A stretch of DNA of 63,569 nucleotides, counting the filler, from Rozella allomycis CSF55 (taxonomy: Eukaryota): the NCBI GenBank assembly GCA_000442015.1. It is 4 parts of 4 records of this genome, joined end to end, with 100 filler letters (N's around TTAATTAATTAA, not from the genome) between each part and the next. Parts side by side here need not be neighbours in the genome. Positions count along the whole stretch, not along the records: positions 22,464 to 47,867 come from KE561212.1; positions 47,968 to 58,372 come from KE561213.1; 2 more parts are not named here. One strand, 5' to 3'. The notes under the pieces are model-generated. The model searched no databases and was not told where the DNA came from. It saw only the letters and a program-made list of their open reading frames with translations. How positions within the stretch are numbered: the stretch's first letter is position 1; the number at the start of each line of letters is the position of its first letter. This document shows, in pieces, positions 37,191-47,970 of the stretch. Position numbers and translations under genes: made by a program.

Positions 37191-40100
37191 TTACTGAGAA
37201 TCTAATTTTGAATTGGCGAGGATTGAAATGTTTTCAAACATTGATAAATTTTTCAATTTTCTAACCAGAATTTTCAGAATGTCTAAATTGTTGCAAGATT
37301 GAACAAATAAAGATAAACATTTGGAAACGAATGAATCCCAATTTTTAAAAGCGCGAGGAATTAAAATAAAAGAAGAAGAAGATTTTTTTAAATTGAAGAG
37401 AAGAGAAATTTCGTTGAATGAAGAGTCAAGATCATTTTTGTATTGAAAATAGATTAAAGAAATTTTGTAAATAATTTTGTAATGAGATTGATGATTTTTT
37501 AGATTAATTAAATTTTGTAAAATAAAATCAATTAAATTTTCACTTTGTATCTTTTGTGAAAGATCTGAATTTATTAAATCTAAAACAAAATTTTCTTTTA
37601 CTAATTTTAAACAAGAAGAAAAGAATTTGTATTTTGACAAGATTGAAGAATTTTTTTCAGTTTGATTTGCCATTTTGAAAGAGATTAAAGAATCTTTTAG
37701 AAATCCAAGTTTTTTGAAACATTTTCCCAATCTAATCCAATCTTGAGAATCTTTTTCTATTTTCATTAAACAGAAAATGCAAGATTTGTAAAAAGAATTT
37801 TTATTTAGAATAAAGGTTTCAGGGTGACAAAATTTCATTGCATTTAGATCTATTATGGAATAGATTGCACGTGATAAAGATTTAAAATTTTTAGATTTGC
37901 AGAAACAAAGAAGAGATTTTAAAATGTTATTTTTAATCTTTTTTGGATTATCTAGAAGAGAATAAAAACAATTTCCAAGAATATCCCATGACTCTAATCT
38001 ACCAGGGTTTAAAGATAGATCTTTTAAGCAAAAATTTATTGTTTCTTGAAGATCTTTAGATTTAATTTTAGCGAGAAGAAAATAAATATCCAAATATGTG
38101 TAACTGTGAGATTGTAGCGGCAGATTTGTAGTGACAAAGTTGGCAGTATGAACACTTGGTGTAACAACAGTTGGTGTGTCAACATTATCTAAAGAAGCAA
38201 TTGGTGTGTCAATATTATCACTAGAGACATTGCCTGTATCAACATTGCCTGCATTAAAATTCACTGTATTACCATTCATTGTACTAACATTCACTATACT
38301 AACATTCACTGTATTAAGATCAAATCCTTCAACATTGACTGTATCAGGCCTTCCACCATCATTATTACCTTCACTTGTCATTTCAATTACTTCAACACTT
38401 TCACTTCTTCTCTCAACTTCAACTCTTTCACTTCTTCTTTCAACTTCCACTTCCACTTCAACTCTTTCAACTTCACCTTCATTATCGGCTAGATCTCTTA
38501 CAAGAGAGAAAATATTCTTTTCAAGTTTAGATTGCAAATACCCATTCACTACATTGGTATTTTTCAAAGGAATAAATTTAGTTAAAGAAATTAAAAGTTT
38601 TTGATTTAATTGATCAGGAGAAAGAAAAGATAACAATCTATTAATTAAATCCAACGAGGGTTGTTTAAAGGTTTTTACTTTGTGAGATTCAACAATTCCA
38701 TTCAACAATCCAAACAAACAATTAAAACATTGCAGAAATTCTTTCCCTTTAACATTTTCAATCAACTTTAATAACATTTTCCCATTATCGCTACAACAAA
38801 ATCCAAATTCACTCAAAATTTCATGCGATAATTTCAAAAATTTAATCTCATCTTCCTTTTTACAAAATCTTCTAGCTATAGAAAATGAAATACCTAAAAG
38901 TGGATCTTTTTTTTCTTGATGGAAAATTAAACTAAACAATAGAAAAAAACTCTCAATCTTTATTGCAACAAATTCTTCTTCATTCATTAAAAGATTAAAT
39001 ATAAAATTAATCTCACCAATCGTCACATTCAAATTATTTTCAAAAACATTTTCCAAAATTATTTCAATTCCTAAATTTATCACTTTGGAAATTTCATCTT
39101 TTTCAGATCTAATCTTTTCTGTAAATTTCTTTAATAGATCCATTTTTTCATTAAATTTCAAATTTAAAAAATATTTAGATTCAAAAATTATCCATTTTAA
39201 ATCTTCAATCTCTTCACTCTTCATTTTTTCTCTAATTTTCTCTTCTTGCTTAAATTCTTCAAGTAGATTCAAATTTGATAACTTTTTACAATTCACTAAA
39301 ACTAAATCTACACATTCTTTTATTTCAACATTTTCAACTAGAAATTTCAATCTTTCAATTCTATTTTTAGTTTCTGAATTTTCAATTTCAATTTCTTTTA
39401 ATCTTTCAAATTCTTTTAATCTTTCAAAATTTATTTTTTCTTTCAATTTTAGATCTCTTTGATCCAAGATTAGTTCCAAGCCACATAAAACTATTTCAAG
39501 ATCAAAATTATTCAAAAGAAAAAAATCAATTTCAATCAAAAGATTAAACAAATACAAAAATGTTTCAATTTGATTGTTTCCCCATCTTTGTTTCCATTCT
39601 TTTGAATACCCTTGCAATGTTAAATAGATCAATTCAAAAAATGAAAATTCTCCTCCAAGATCTGGAAAAGTTGTAAAATTTATTTCTTCTTGAAAACTTT
39701 TCTCTTTTTTCCCTTTTCCTGCAATCTCTTTAACTTTTTCTGCAAAATTCATATCAATTGAAACTTCTGGAAAAAATTCTTTCATTATTTCTTCAAAGGT
39801 TATTTTCTGTTCTTTTCTTCTTTTACTTCTTTTTAAATTTTCTTTTTCATTTTCCATTTTGTTAGATTGGCTGCTTTTCATTTCATTTCTTTTGCTTTCT
39901 TCAATCTCTACAATCAATCCACTCATTTGAAATTCTTCATTCTTTCGCTTTCCGAAATATCCTAAATGCATCTTTTCCAATTTCTTTGCCAAATCCATCC
40001 AACTATTCCTCTCAAGCTTTATAATCATTTTATTATCAATTTCATTTTTATTTTGAGAGCAAACATCCATTCCTTGAAAGTCCATTTCACTGTTGTCATC

Positions 40101-40857
40101 AATTTCCATGTCTACATCAGTCATTTCTCCCAATACCACTTTTTTACTATAAAATCGTCGATATTTAAACGGAACCCTTTATCACTGCAATCAACAAATC
40201 TTACCCACTCTTGACTTCATACTCGTTCAACAATGCAATCCTCAGTTGTTCTTCATCCAATTCATCTATCGGAACTTCAAATTCATCAATCAAACTAAAA
40301 AATGTCTCATAATCTCCAAGATTATATGCACACTATCACAAACATCATATTTCAATACCTCAATCATCCCCATGTGATATTCATCCTTGTTCATCTCATT
40401 CTTCATCTCATCCAACACTATCCCTCTTATCACCCAATCTGTCTTGGCTGCTTCACACACATACTTCCAATCCCATTCATCACCAAACGTCTCCAACAAC
40501 TCCACAGCCCTTTTAACACCATCCATAGGTTTCAAACAACCCTCAACTTTCATCAAATTTCTCATCGCTATAGCCTTCAAAGAACTAGCCTCTTCCAGCT
40601 CCAACCGATCAAGATTTCTAATCACATACATATATTTTTCCCTCTATTAACTTTTATTTCTTCTTACCTCGACTCTTCCAATAAATTTTTAGAATGCTCT
40701 TCTAGCGCTTCGTTATATACCTCTACCAGATCCTAGAGTCTTTAAATCAGATACAAAATACCTTATATTTTTCAATCTGCCATTGTTCATTTGTTAAATA
40801 ATCACCCAGCTGTTGGCTAGGTGGATTTAGACACGCAATAGTGCTCTTTTTGAACAT
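37191..40857 (-). CDS. HIR3: Hir3/CABIN1-like HIR histone-chaperone subunit (divergent)
   Basis: N-terminal ACLN...EQWQIE...YNEAL and C-terminal IYFLLA...INFCLKDLSLNPGRLESW resemble conserved Hir3/CABIN1 blocks. Confidence 0.65.
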
Positions 40858-40945
40858 CTAAATTTACAAAATTTAAGAAAGGAAAATACATTATGAAATA
40901 GTTATGAAGATAGACAAAAGAGTAATGTACAAAATTTTTATTCCT

Positions 40946-42181
40946 TTACACTATTACTATTGAATCCACATCACCAGTAGCCGTCGGTGTTGTAGAATCT
41001 ACCACGTTCTTTCCTACATTTGGACTATGAGAAGCAGAGCCAGAATTTGATGGATTTGAATTATCTGAACTACCAGAAGATGCAGGAGTATTATTAGCTG
41101 ATGCATCTGAACCTGATAATGCTGGGGTTGGCGGTGTGGAATCAGATGGAGAACCTGACACGCCAATTGCCTTTAACGCATCCTCACAAGACTTATTAGG
41201 TGCTATAATAGCATAGATTTTACATATAAAAGACTTTGTCTTTTGATCAATGGGGTGTGCAGTTGTCGCGCTAGAGTCAACCTTAGAAGGAGTAACATAT
41301 GATTCATTTGCATTGTTCTTCGCTGTTGCCGCTGCATTACCTGAAGAAGAGTCAATTTGGTTTTTCGAGTTACCTTTTGCCTTTTGGGATCCTGCCTTCG
41401 ATTCTGCTGCCCCTGTTTCTGGTGAGCTTGACTCTGACGCACTTTGAGCACCAGTTGAATTTTCATTCGCGTTGCTCGCAGTGGATGTGCTTGATGCATC
41501 AGGAACACTTGGACTACTTTGACCCGAACTAGATGGATTTGGCTTATCCGCGTTCCCGCCTGCAGTTGTTTTCTCCGTGCTTTGTGAATTACTTTCGACG
41601 CTAGGTGTTGTACCGTTAGCAGCATCCCCATGCCAGAAACCATCAGGAGCAACTGGATCTGGCTTACCGCTTCCAATACTTAAACAAAACTGGAAAAATT
41701 CAATTTTGGATGCCAAATGAGTAGCAGCTAAAATAATATTCAAAAGACATTTGGGTTTTGTACATTTTGAGTAATCGATGGGAATTGTAAACGGACACTT
41801 TTGATCGTTGTGATATGCCAATTGATCGTCAATCCAGATTTCGCAAGGTCCTTCATGTATTCTTCCTGTAAGCTGTATCGGTTTGTTAGGCATACCGAAC
41901 ATATAATCGGGCTTCGTTGTGCCACCACAAACAGGACATCCAGCCTCTGATTTTGCGAAATTTACCAAGCTCAAATTTTTGGAATGGAGATATTTAACAA
42001 GTGATACGGCTCCATTTTCTTGGGAATAATTTGGAATAGAAGCCACGGGATTTTTAGAACATTTATCCGGCAGCATTCGCTCCCCCATAATGTCACCTAA
42101 AGTATAGTAAGGAGCAGGATATGTTGGATACGTATGCGCACTTATATAATGCAAACTTATTGCCAAGACAAGAAAACGCAT
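40946..42181 (-). CDS. Secreted His1 protein, AA17-like lytic polysaccharide monooxygenase with long S/T/A-rich tail
   Basis: Signal peptide ISA|H; CG.T; HEGPCEIWID; DYSKC...C; LAATHL...EFFQFC. Intronless. Confidence 0.75.
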   Translation of the reverse strand: MRFLVLAISLHYISAHTYPTYPAPYYTLGDIMGERMLPDKCSKNPVASIPNYSQENGAVSLVKYLHSKNLSLVNFAKSEAGCPVCGGTTKPDYMFGMPNKPIQLTGRIHEGPCEIWIDDQLAYHNDQKCPFTIPIDYSKCTKPKCLLNIILAATHLASKIEFFQFCLSIGSGKPDPVAPDGFWHGDAANGTTPSVESNSQSTEKTTAGGNADKPNPSSSGQSSPSVPDASSTSTASNANENSTGAQSASESSSPETGAAESKAGSQKAKGNSKNQIDSSSGNAAATAKNNANESYVTPSKVDSSATTAHPIDQKTKSFICKIYAIIAPNKSCEDALKAIGVSGSPSDSTPPTPALSGSDASANNTPASSGSSDNSNPSNSGSASHSPNVGKNVVDSTTPTATGDVDSIVIV

Positions 42182-42410
42182 CTCAATTTTGAAACAAGTG
42201 TACTAGTGTAGGGGTATGTTTCAGGATATTTTTGTAAATATATCAAAGAAAATTTCTAACAACGCAAAATACATAGTTATGACTTATGAAACACAAAGTT
42301 TATGGCAATGTCAAATGAATCATGAAATAGATTGTCGCGAGTAAAAATTCGTTAAAGAAACCAGTTGTGTTTTTAAAAAGGTTTATTGTCCAAGCAAATT
42401 GAATTCAAAA

Positions 42411-43124
42411 CTAATATTGATCAACTAAAGTTTGGTTTTTTCTCTTTTTGCATCTACGCACTTTTCGACAATTGTTCTTGGAAGGAGTATTCTTTCTTGA
42501 ATCGGACAAAACCGATTGAGTTACCTGCACTTTCTTATTTTCGGTGGTTGGGGCTGTTGGTAAGTTTGAACCGGCTAGGCTAGATTGACTGTAGGGCTGA
42601 TCATTTTTTCCGCCGCCTACTGTGACACAATATTGAAAGAATTCCGGGGAATTTAAATGCGTGGCCGCTAAAATAACCCTTAGTAAACAATTTCCGCCAC
42701 ATTTAGTAAAGTCCACGTTGAATGAAGAAGGACACTGGGTTGGTGCAGAGTAAACCTTTGAGTCTCCAAGCCATGCTTCACAGGGGCCAACATGAATCAA
42801 ACCGCCTATTTGAACACTTCCCGATGGATTTGCAACTACATGGGAGGGGTCTGTTGTACCGCATTTATCGCATTGAAAGGGACCGTCTACGAGATCCTTT
42901 AAACTAGTATTTTTGGATTTCATCCACTCTACTAAACCGTTTGCGTTTCCAGCAGGTGGACCAGGCCAAGTTATTCCAAGGGTGCTTGGTGTCGGATTTC
43001 CATTGCATTTGTTTGGCATCATTCGCATCCCTGTATCAACTGTGAGCTTTGGTTCGGGATTTATCAGCCAAGAGTGCCCTTCCACATTTCTTAATATCGC
43101 GAGTAAAAAGAGTTGCCAAAACAT
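42411..43124 (-). CDS. Secreted His1 protein, AA17-like lytic polysaccharide monooxygenase (paralog of 40946-42181)
   Basis: Signal peptide VEG|H; P..N......SLKD.VD; CGTT; HVGPCEAWL; DFTKCGGNC; LAATHL..PEFFQYC. Intronless. Confidence 0.78.
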   Translation of the reverse strand: MFWQLFLLAILRNVEGHSWLINPEPKLTVDTGMRMMPNKCNGNPTPSTLGITWPGPPAGNANGLVEWMKSKNTSLKDLVDGPFQCDKCGTTDPSHVVANPSGSVQIGGLIHVGPCEAWLGDSKVYSAPTQCPSSFNVDFTKCGGNCLLRVILAATHLNSPEFFQYCVTVGGGKNDQPYSQSSLAGSNLPTAPTTENKKVQVTQSVLSDSRKNTPSKNNCRKVRRCKKRKNQTLVDQY

Positions 43125-43208
43125 ATAGTGTTTTATAATGTTTCTTACAAAGGGGTAAAGTAAATTTAGAATAAAATTAGCTCATTCGAAATCGATTAAG
43201 TGTATCTG

Positions 43209-44537
43209 ATGGATTTGTTTGTTTATTTTTTAATGTTCTGGCTCATATTGTCCGTCATCAGACTCCTGTCATTATTGAAATTTTCAAACTACATGAATCC
43301 TGAAAGTTACATCCAATTACCAATACAAGCTACTGGTACAAAGGTAGTTGTCTATTTTCCGAACTGGGCGATATATTCTCGCAAATACTTTGTATGGGAC
43401 ATGGATTGGAACAAAATAACACACATCAATTATGCTTTTGCGAATGTTTTACCTGATGGATCAATATCTCTTTTAGATCCTTGGGCGGATACCGATCAGA
43501 GATTTATTGATCATGGAGACTCCTGGAATGATCCCAATGAAAACCTTTTTGGAAACTTTAATCAATTGTTTAAATTTAAACAAAATTTCAGACACGTGAA
43601 AGTGGGTTTATCATTAGGAGGATGGACTTTGAGCAAGTATTTCTCAGATGCATGTTCCACTCCAGAGGGTAGAAAAAAGCTTGTCGGATCGTCCATTAAG
43701 TTAATGATTGATTTAGGATTGGATTTTATCGATATTGATTGGGAATACCCAACTGAAGGAGGTCTTGATGGAAATTCACATAGGCCAGAGGATGGAGAGA
43801 ACTATGTTAAGCTGTTGAAAGAATTCAGAACACAGTTTTTAGGTTTGAATTTTGTACCTCAACTCTCTGTAGCTGCTCCAGCATCAAAACTTTACTATCG
43901 GCACTGGAATATTCCTCAAATGTGTCAGTTGCTTGATTTTGTTAACATAATGACATACGATTTTTCTGGCAGCTGGTCACGCAAGGCTGGTCATCAATCA
44001 AATTTATATGATTATCCAAATAATGAAATGAATATATCTGTGAATGAAACTATAGTAGATTGGATAAAATTAGGTTGTCCTAGTGAGAAAATAGTTATGG
44101 GGATGCCGATATACGGGCGAAGTTTTGAAAATACTAAAGGACTTGGCTTTCCTTTCACTTCTCCAACAGTTGGAACATGGGAACCAGGTGTTTTTGATTA
44201 CAAAAAGCTCCCTCTAGCAGGCTCATCTGAATATTACGATGTCAAATCGGGGGCTTCTTACAGCTATGACAGTGCAAAAAAGATTCTTGTTTCATATGAT
44301 ACTATTCCTGTAGTGAATCAAAAGTTGGAGTATATTCGTGACTTGAGCTTAGGAGGTGCCATGTTTTGGGAAATTTCAGCCGATCGTCCCACCAATGACC
44401 CTAAAAGCATTCTTTCTGCCACCTATAAGTACATTAGCGCAAACATGAATATTGACGCAACTCCTAATAATGTGTTGTATCCAGATTCAAAGTATCCAAA
44501 TATCCGTAATTCTAGTAATCTTGCTATGTATGCTTAA
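43209..44537 (+). CDS. GH18 chitinase with N-terminal hydrophobic anchor/signal
   Basis: YFPNWAIY, THINYAF, SLGGWT, intact catalytic DFIDIDWEYP, MTYDF, LGGAMFWE. Intronless. Confidence 0.95.
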   Translation: MDLFVYFLMFWLILSVIRLLSLLKFSNYMNPESYIQLPIQATGTKVVVYFPNWAIYSRKYFVWDMDWNKITHINYAFANVLPDGSISLLDPWADTDQRFIDHGDSWNDPNENLFGNFNQLFKFKQNFRHVKVGLSLGGWTLSKYFSDACSTPEGRKKLVGSSIKLMIDLGLDFIDIDWEYPTEGGLDGNSHRPEDGENYVKLLKEFRTQFLGLNFVPQLSVAAPASKLYYRHWNIPQMCQLLDFVNIMTYDFSGSWSRKAGHQSNLYDYPNNEMNISVNETIVDWIKLGCPSEKIVMGMPIYGRSFENTKGLGFPFTSPTVGTWEPGVFDYKKLPLAGSSEYYDVKSGASYSYDSAKKILVSYDTIPVVNQKLEYIRDLSLGGAMFWEISADRPTNDPKSILSATYKYISANMNIDATPNNVLYPDSKYPNIRNSSNLAMYA

Positions 44538-44569
44538 ATAAAATGAATTGACTTGATTTTATTTTTTTG

Positions 44570-45361
44570 TTAAAAAATGCCCCCATGTACTTTCAGCCGT
44601 TGCAATAAACGGCAATTCATCAACAATTCCGCTCAAAAACCTAACAGTTGCATCAAGATCATTTGTCTGAATCAGGTAAATTTCTTTTTTAAACTTTTAA
44701 AATAGCATTACCAGCGGAAGAATAAACGGCTGCAATCAATGATTTGTACGTCATCCAATGAGTCTTATTTAAAATCACAAATAACTTTACACTTTTATCT
44801 TGTTCTGGGATGCATAACTCGCACAGTTTTTCACCTACCTTGAACAATGCAAACCCACCGTAGTCCTTGTCTTCTTTTAAGATGGCTAAAGCATTTCCCC
44901 AATGTTTACGAATTGGAAACGTTAATTTAAGTCTTTCAGTGCATGCATAAATTATTTTTTCTTTTAGCGACAAGCTAGCTATATAGACTTGGGGTACCCT
45001 TTACTTTAAGAATTTCAATTTTTTTGATAAAGATTCTTGGATTTGCTCATCAGCGTCATATAAAAATGTATCTATGAGTGATATTTCCGGTTCTGGAAAC
45101 ATTTCTTTCGGAGCATTGTCTAATCCTCTCAACTTGGCTCCTTCAAGAAGTGCCTTTTGGGTAAATCCATGTTCTTTAACAAATGATAGTGAAGCTTCAA
45201 GAATTTCGTGTTCGATTTGACTTTTTGTTATGATAGATACATTTGTTACGGTGCTGAATTTGTTGTAAAGTCAAGGTCAATGGGTATTTCTTTAGTCTGA
45301 ATGCCATGGAATATCCGATCGCTTGGTACGTTTGAATACTTTCGGGCAAATAATGGTACAT
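44570..45361 (-). CDS. COQ9: Ubiquinone biosynthesis protein Coq9-like, multi-exon
   Basis: ILEASLSFVKEHGFTQKALLEGA..G, RLKL..P..HW..ALAIL, W.TY...IAAVYSSA, ATVRFL. Confidence 0.7.
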
Positions 45362-45533
45362 TTTTTTCTTTTAATAGCCTAAAGTTGGCAATTTTTGAAG
45401 CATGACGAAGATATATTAGTCTCATCCAAATCTCAATTTGGAAATTTCTATGGATCCATCATTAGTTTATCAGATTCATCGTTTTGATAATTTTATATAT
45501 TGTTTTATTTTTAATTATACTGAAGTCTTGAAG

Positions 45534-46401
45534 ATGAATATCGATATACCCTGGATGCAGGGGTTTAAACCGTACGCTTTNGTCTTAACGAAGTTGAATA
45601 TCGATATACCCTGGATGCAGGGGTTTAAACCGTACGCTTTTGTAGCTGGATGGTCATTGTTTGCAGGGTCTCATTTTGTATTGTCTCATCCTAAAAACAG
45701 GGATTATGTTATTAAAGAATACTTTGATGGAAGTGAGCTAAACTTTCAAACAGCATACTCCCTTTTTGCAATGACAACATTTATTCCAACATGCGTGTAT
45801 TATATGAATTACAGTAGATTTTTAAAGCCAAGACTATTTATACCAAACAAGCCTATGAGAATAACGGCTAGGATACTCCAAGTTTCTTCGGCATTCATGT
45901 TCTCGCAGGGTATGATTTAAGATTATAAATTATATAAGCTCTTTATGCTGACATACCAACGATATCTAAAAATGAGAATGAAGAGAAATGGGAACCCAAA
46001 GGCATTCTTCGAATTACTAGACATGTAAGGGGAAAAAATAGACAATTATAGCCATTGTTTGGATCATTTGCTTTGCTTGGAATAGGAAATGTATTAAATT
46101 CTGGATACTTAGGACCAACAATATTTTGGGGCGCCTTTCCCATTTTCTGGTATTTCGGCTCGATGCATCAAGACATGAGAAAGAAAAATGATCTCCCTGC
46201 AAAGTAAAACGTTTATTGTAATTTAAAAGTTATTTTTCAGAAACTTCAATTTTACCTTTTAAAGCAATAATAGAAGGAAAGCAATCCCTTTGGGAAGCAC
46301 TTGAAGAAATGGAATGGTCTGCAGGTTTAGGTTCAGCGACTGCAATGGCAACATTAATTGGTACAAGATTGTTATTCCTTCACTTTACAAGTCCGATTTA
46401 A
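45534..46401 (+). CDS. NnrU-family membrane protein, multi-exon
   Basis: FAGSHFVLS, AYSL, GILRITRH|P, HQDMRK, TSILPFKAIIEGKQ. Confidence 0.75.
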
Positions 46402-46417
46402 TAAACTTTTATTGAAA

Positions 46418-47330
46418 TTAGCCACAAGGCCAAAATCTTACAGTCGATTTGAATGTAGTGGCTGTTTTTTCTTTTGAGGTTATGGAACGAGGATACAGGC
46501 AACGCTTTGTTTCAGAAGCAGCCATCAAGCTCAAAGGCTCCCATTCAATTAAATTCATTTTGGCTAAGACCTCTAATCTCATTGGCTCGATTGGCTTGTC
46601 AATTGCCGTGTCGCTAAAACTAGAAACTTTAGAAATTGGCTTAATGGGTTTGTTGTGCTTTACTTGGCATTGTGGTTCAATGAATGTATGCTTTTGACTA
46701 TCCTCCTTTTCAGTTGTCTTATTAATAATTTTCTCTACAAGGCTTTTGTCATGCCTGCTTTTCCTTAACATCTGAACTGTTATCTTTTTGTTTTCATTTA
46801 AGCGCTTATAAAACTTGTCACTTTTATCCATCCCTGCCTTTATGTGAAATGATTGCTACTTAATCAACATATTCATATTTACTTCATCGGTTTCAGTATA
46901 TTTCTTTGCAAACAAGTCAAAGTTAAGCCAATCAAGGTCTTTCCCATCACGTTTTGAACAATCCATATCGTCTTTCTTAACTTTTGTTTCCGCTTTCAAA
47001 GTTCTATTTAAAACTATAGATGTTTTCTTCCGGTTCTCTACTAACGTCTTATGCTTTTCTTCATTTATTAAGCCCAATGGTTTCTTTTTTTGTTTTCCTG
47101 TTCCAGTTGCTTTACTCTGTTCTTTCTTTTTATCATCCTGAGACTTTTTCGCCTAATATAATTTAAAACGAAAATTCTCTACGTTTTCTAATTTTGATTC
47201 CAACCATTCATCTCGTTTCTTAAAATACTGGTGCTGTATTTTGATGATTTGTTGGAGTTTGTGTAAATTTTCTTCATGGTCTACTCTTTTCTGATCTTCA
47301 AAGTATTTGAACATCGTCTCAGCTCTCTGT
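46418..47330 (-). CDS. Hypothetical K/E-rich protein (multi-exon; 5' end uncertain)
   Basis: Consecutive minus-strand ORFs separated by intron-like gaps; no family recognised. Confidence 0.35.
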
Positions 47331-47867
47331 TATGAATATTGCTTAAAATTACCATCAGTTTCAAATCATTATATTTCTTTGACCCCCTTACTGCGTTAGA
47401 TACCATCTTCTAATGCCCGTCGTCAAGCACATATATTCATCTCACTTTCCTGTTCACCCATCAAAATTTGTATAGGTAAAAAGGAAGACAATATTTTTGG
47501 AATTTTCGAAGTAGTCCCAATCAGCCTGGAGAGGGCACTGGGCAATGGTCTTAAGTTACATAATTGGAACCGCTGTTTAACTTAATACCAATGGATGCGG
47601 TTTTTAAAGCTTAATGTCTTTGAAATTTTCAGGAGGACTTGGTTTGATCCCAAGTTGATTTTGAAGAATGATTTCCCCTTCCTTTGCTTTAAATTGAAAA
47701 ATGTATCATTCTTTTTCTTTTGATCATTTATACTTGTATGTTATTGTAAAAGTTACTAGCTTTGTAAAGACATTGGACGTGTTTCGAAAATCCCGCAAAC
47801 GATAGGGTTCCGGCTTACCACTTACGGTAAGTTTACTTACCGGCTATATACGGTAAGTTACCGTATA

Positions 47868-47967
47868 NNNNNNNNNNNNNNNNNNNNNNNNNNNNNNNNN
47901 NNNNNNNNNNNTTAATTAATTAANNNNNNNNNNNNNNNNNNNNNNNNNNNNNNNNNNNNNNNNNNNN
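47868..47967. other. Artificial scaffold linker
   Basis: N44-TTAATTAATTAA-N44. Confidence 0.97.
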
Positions 47968-47970
47968 ATC

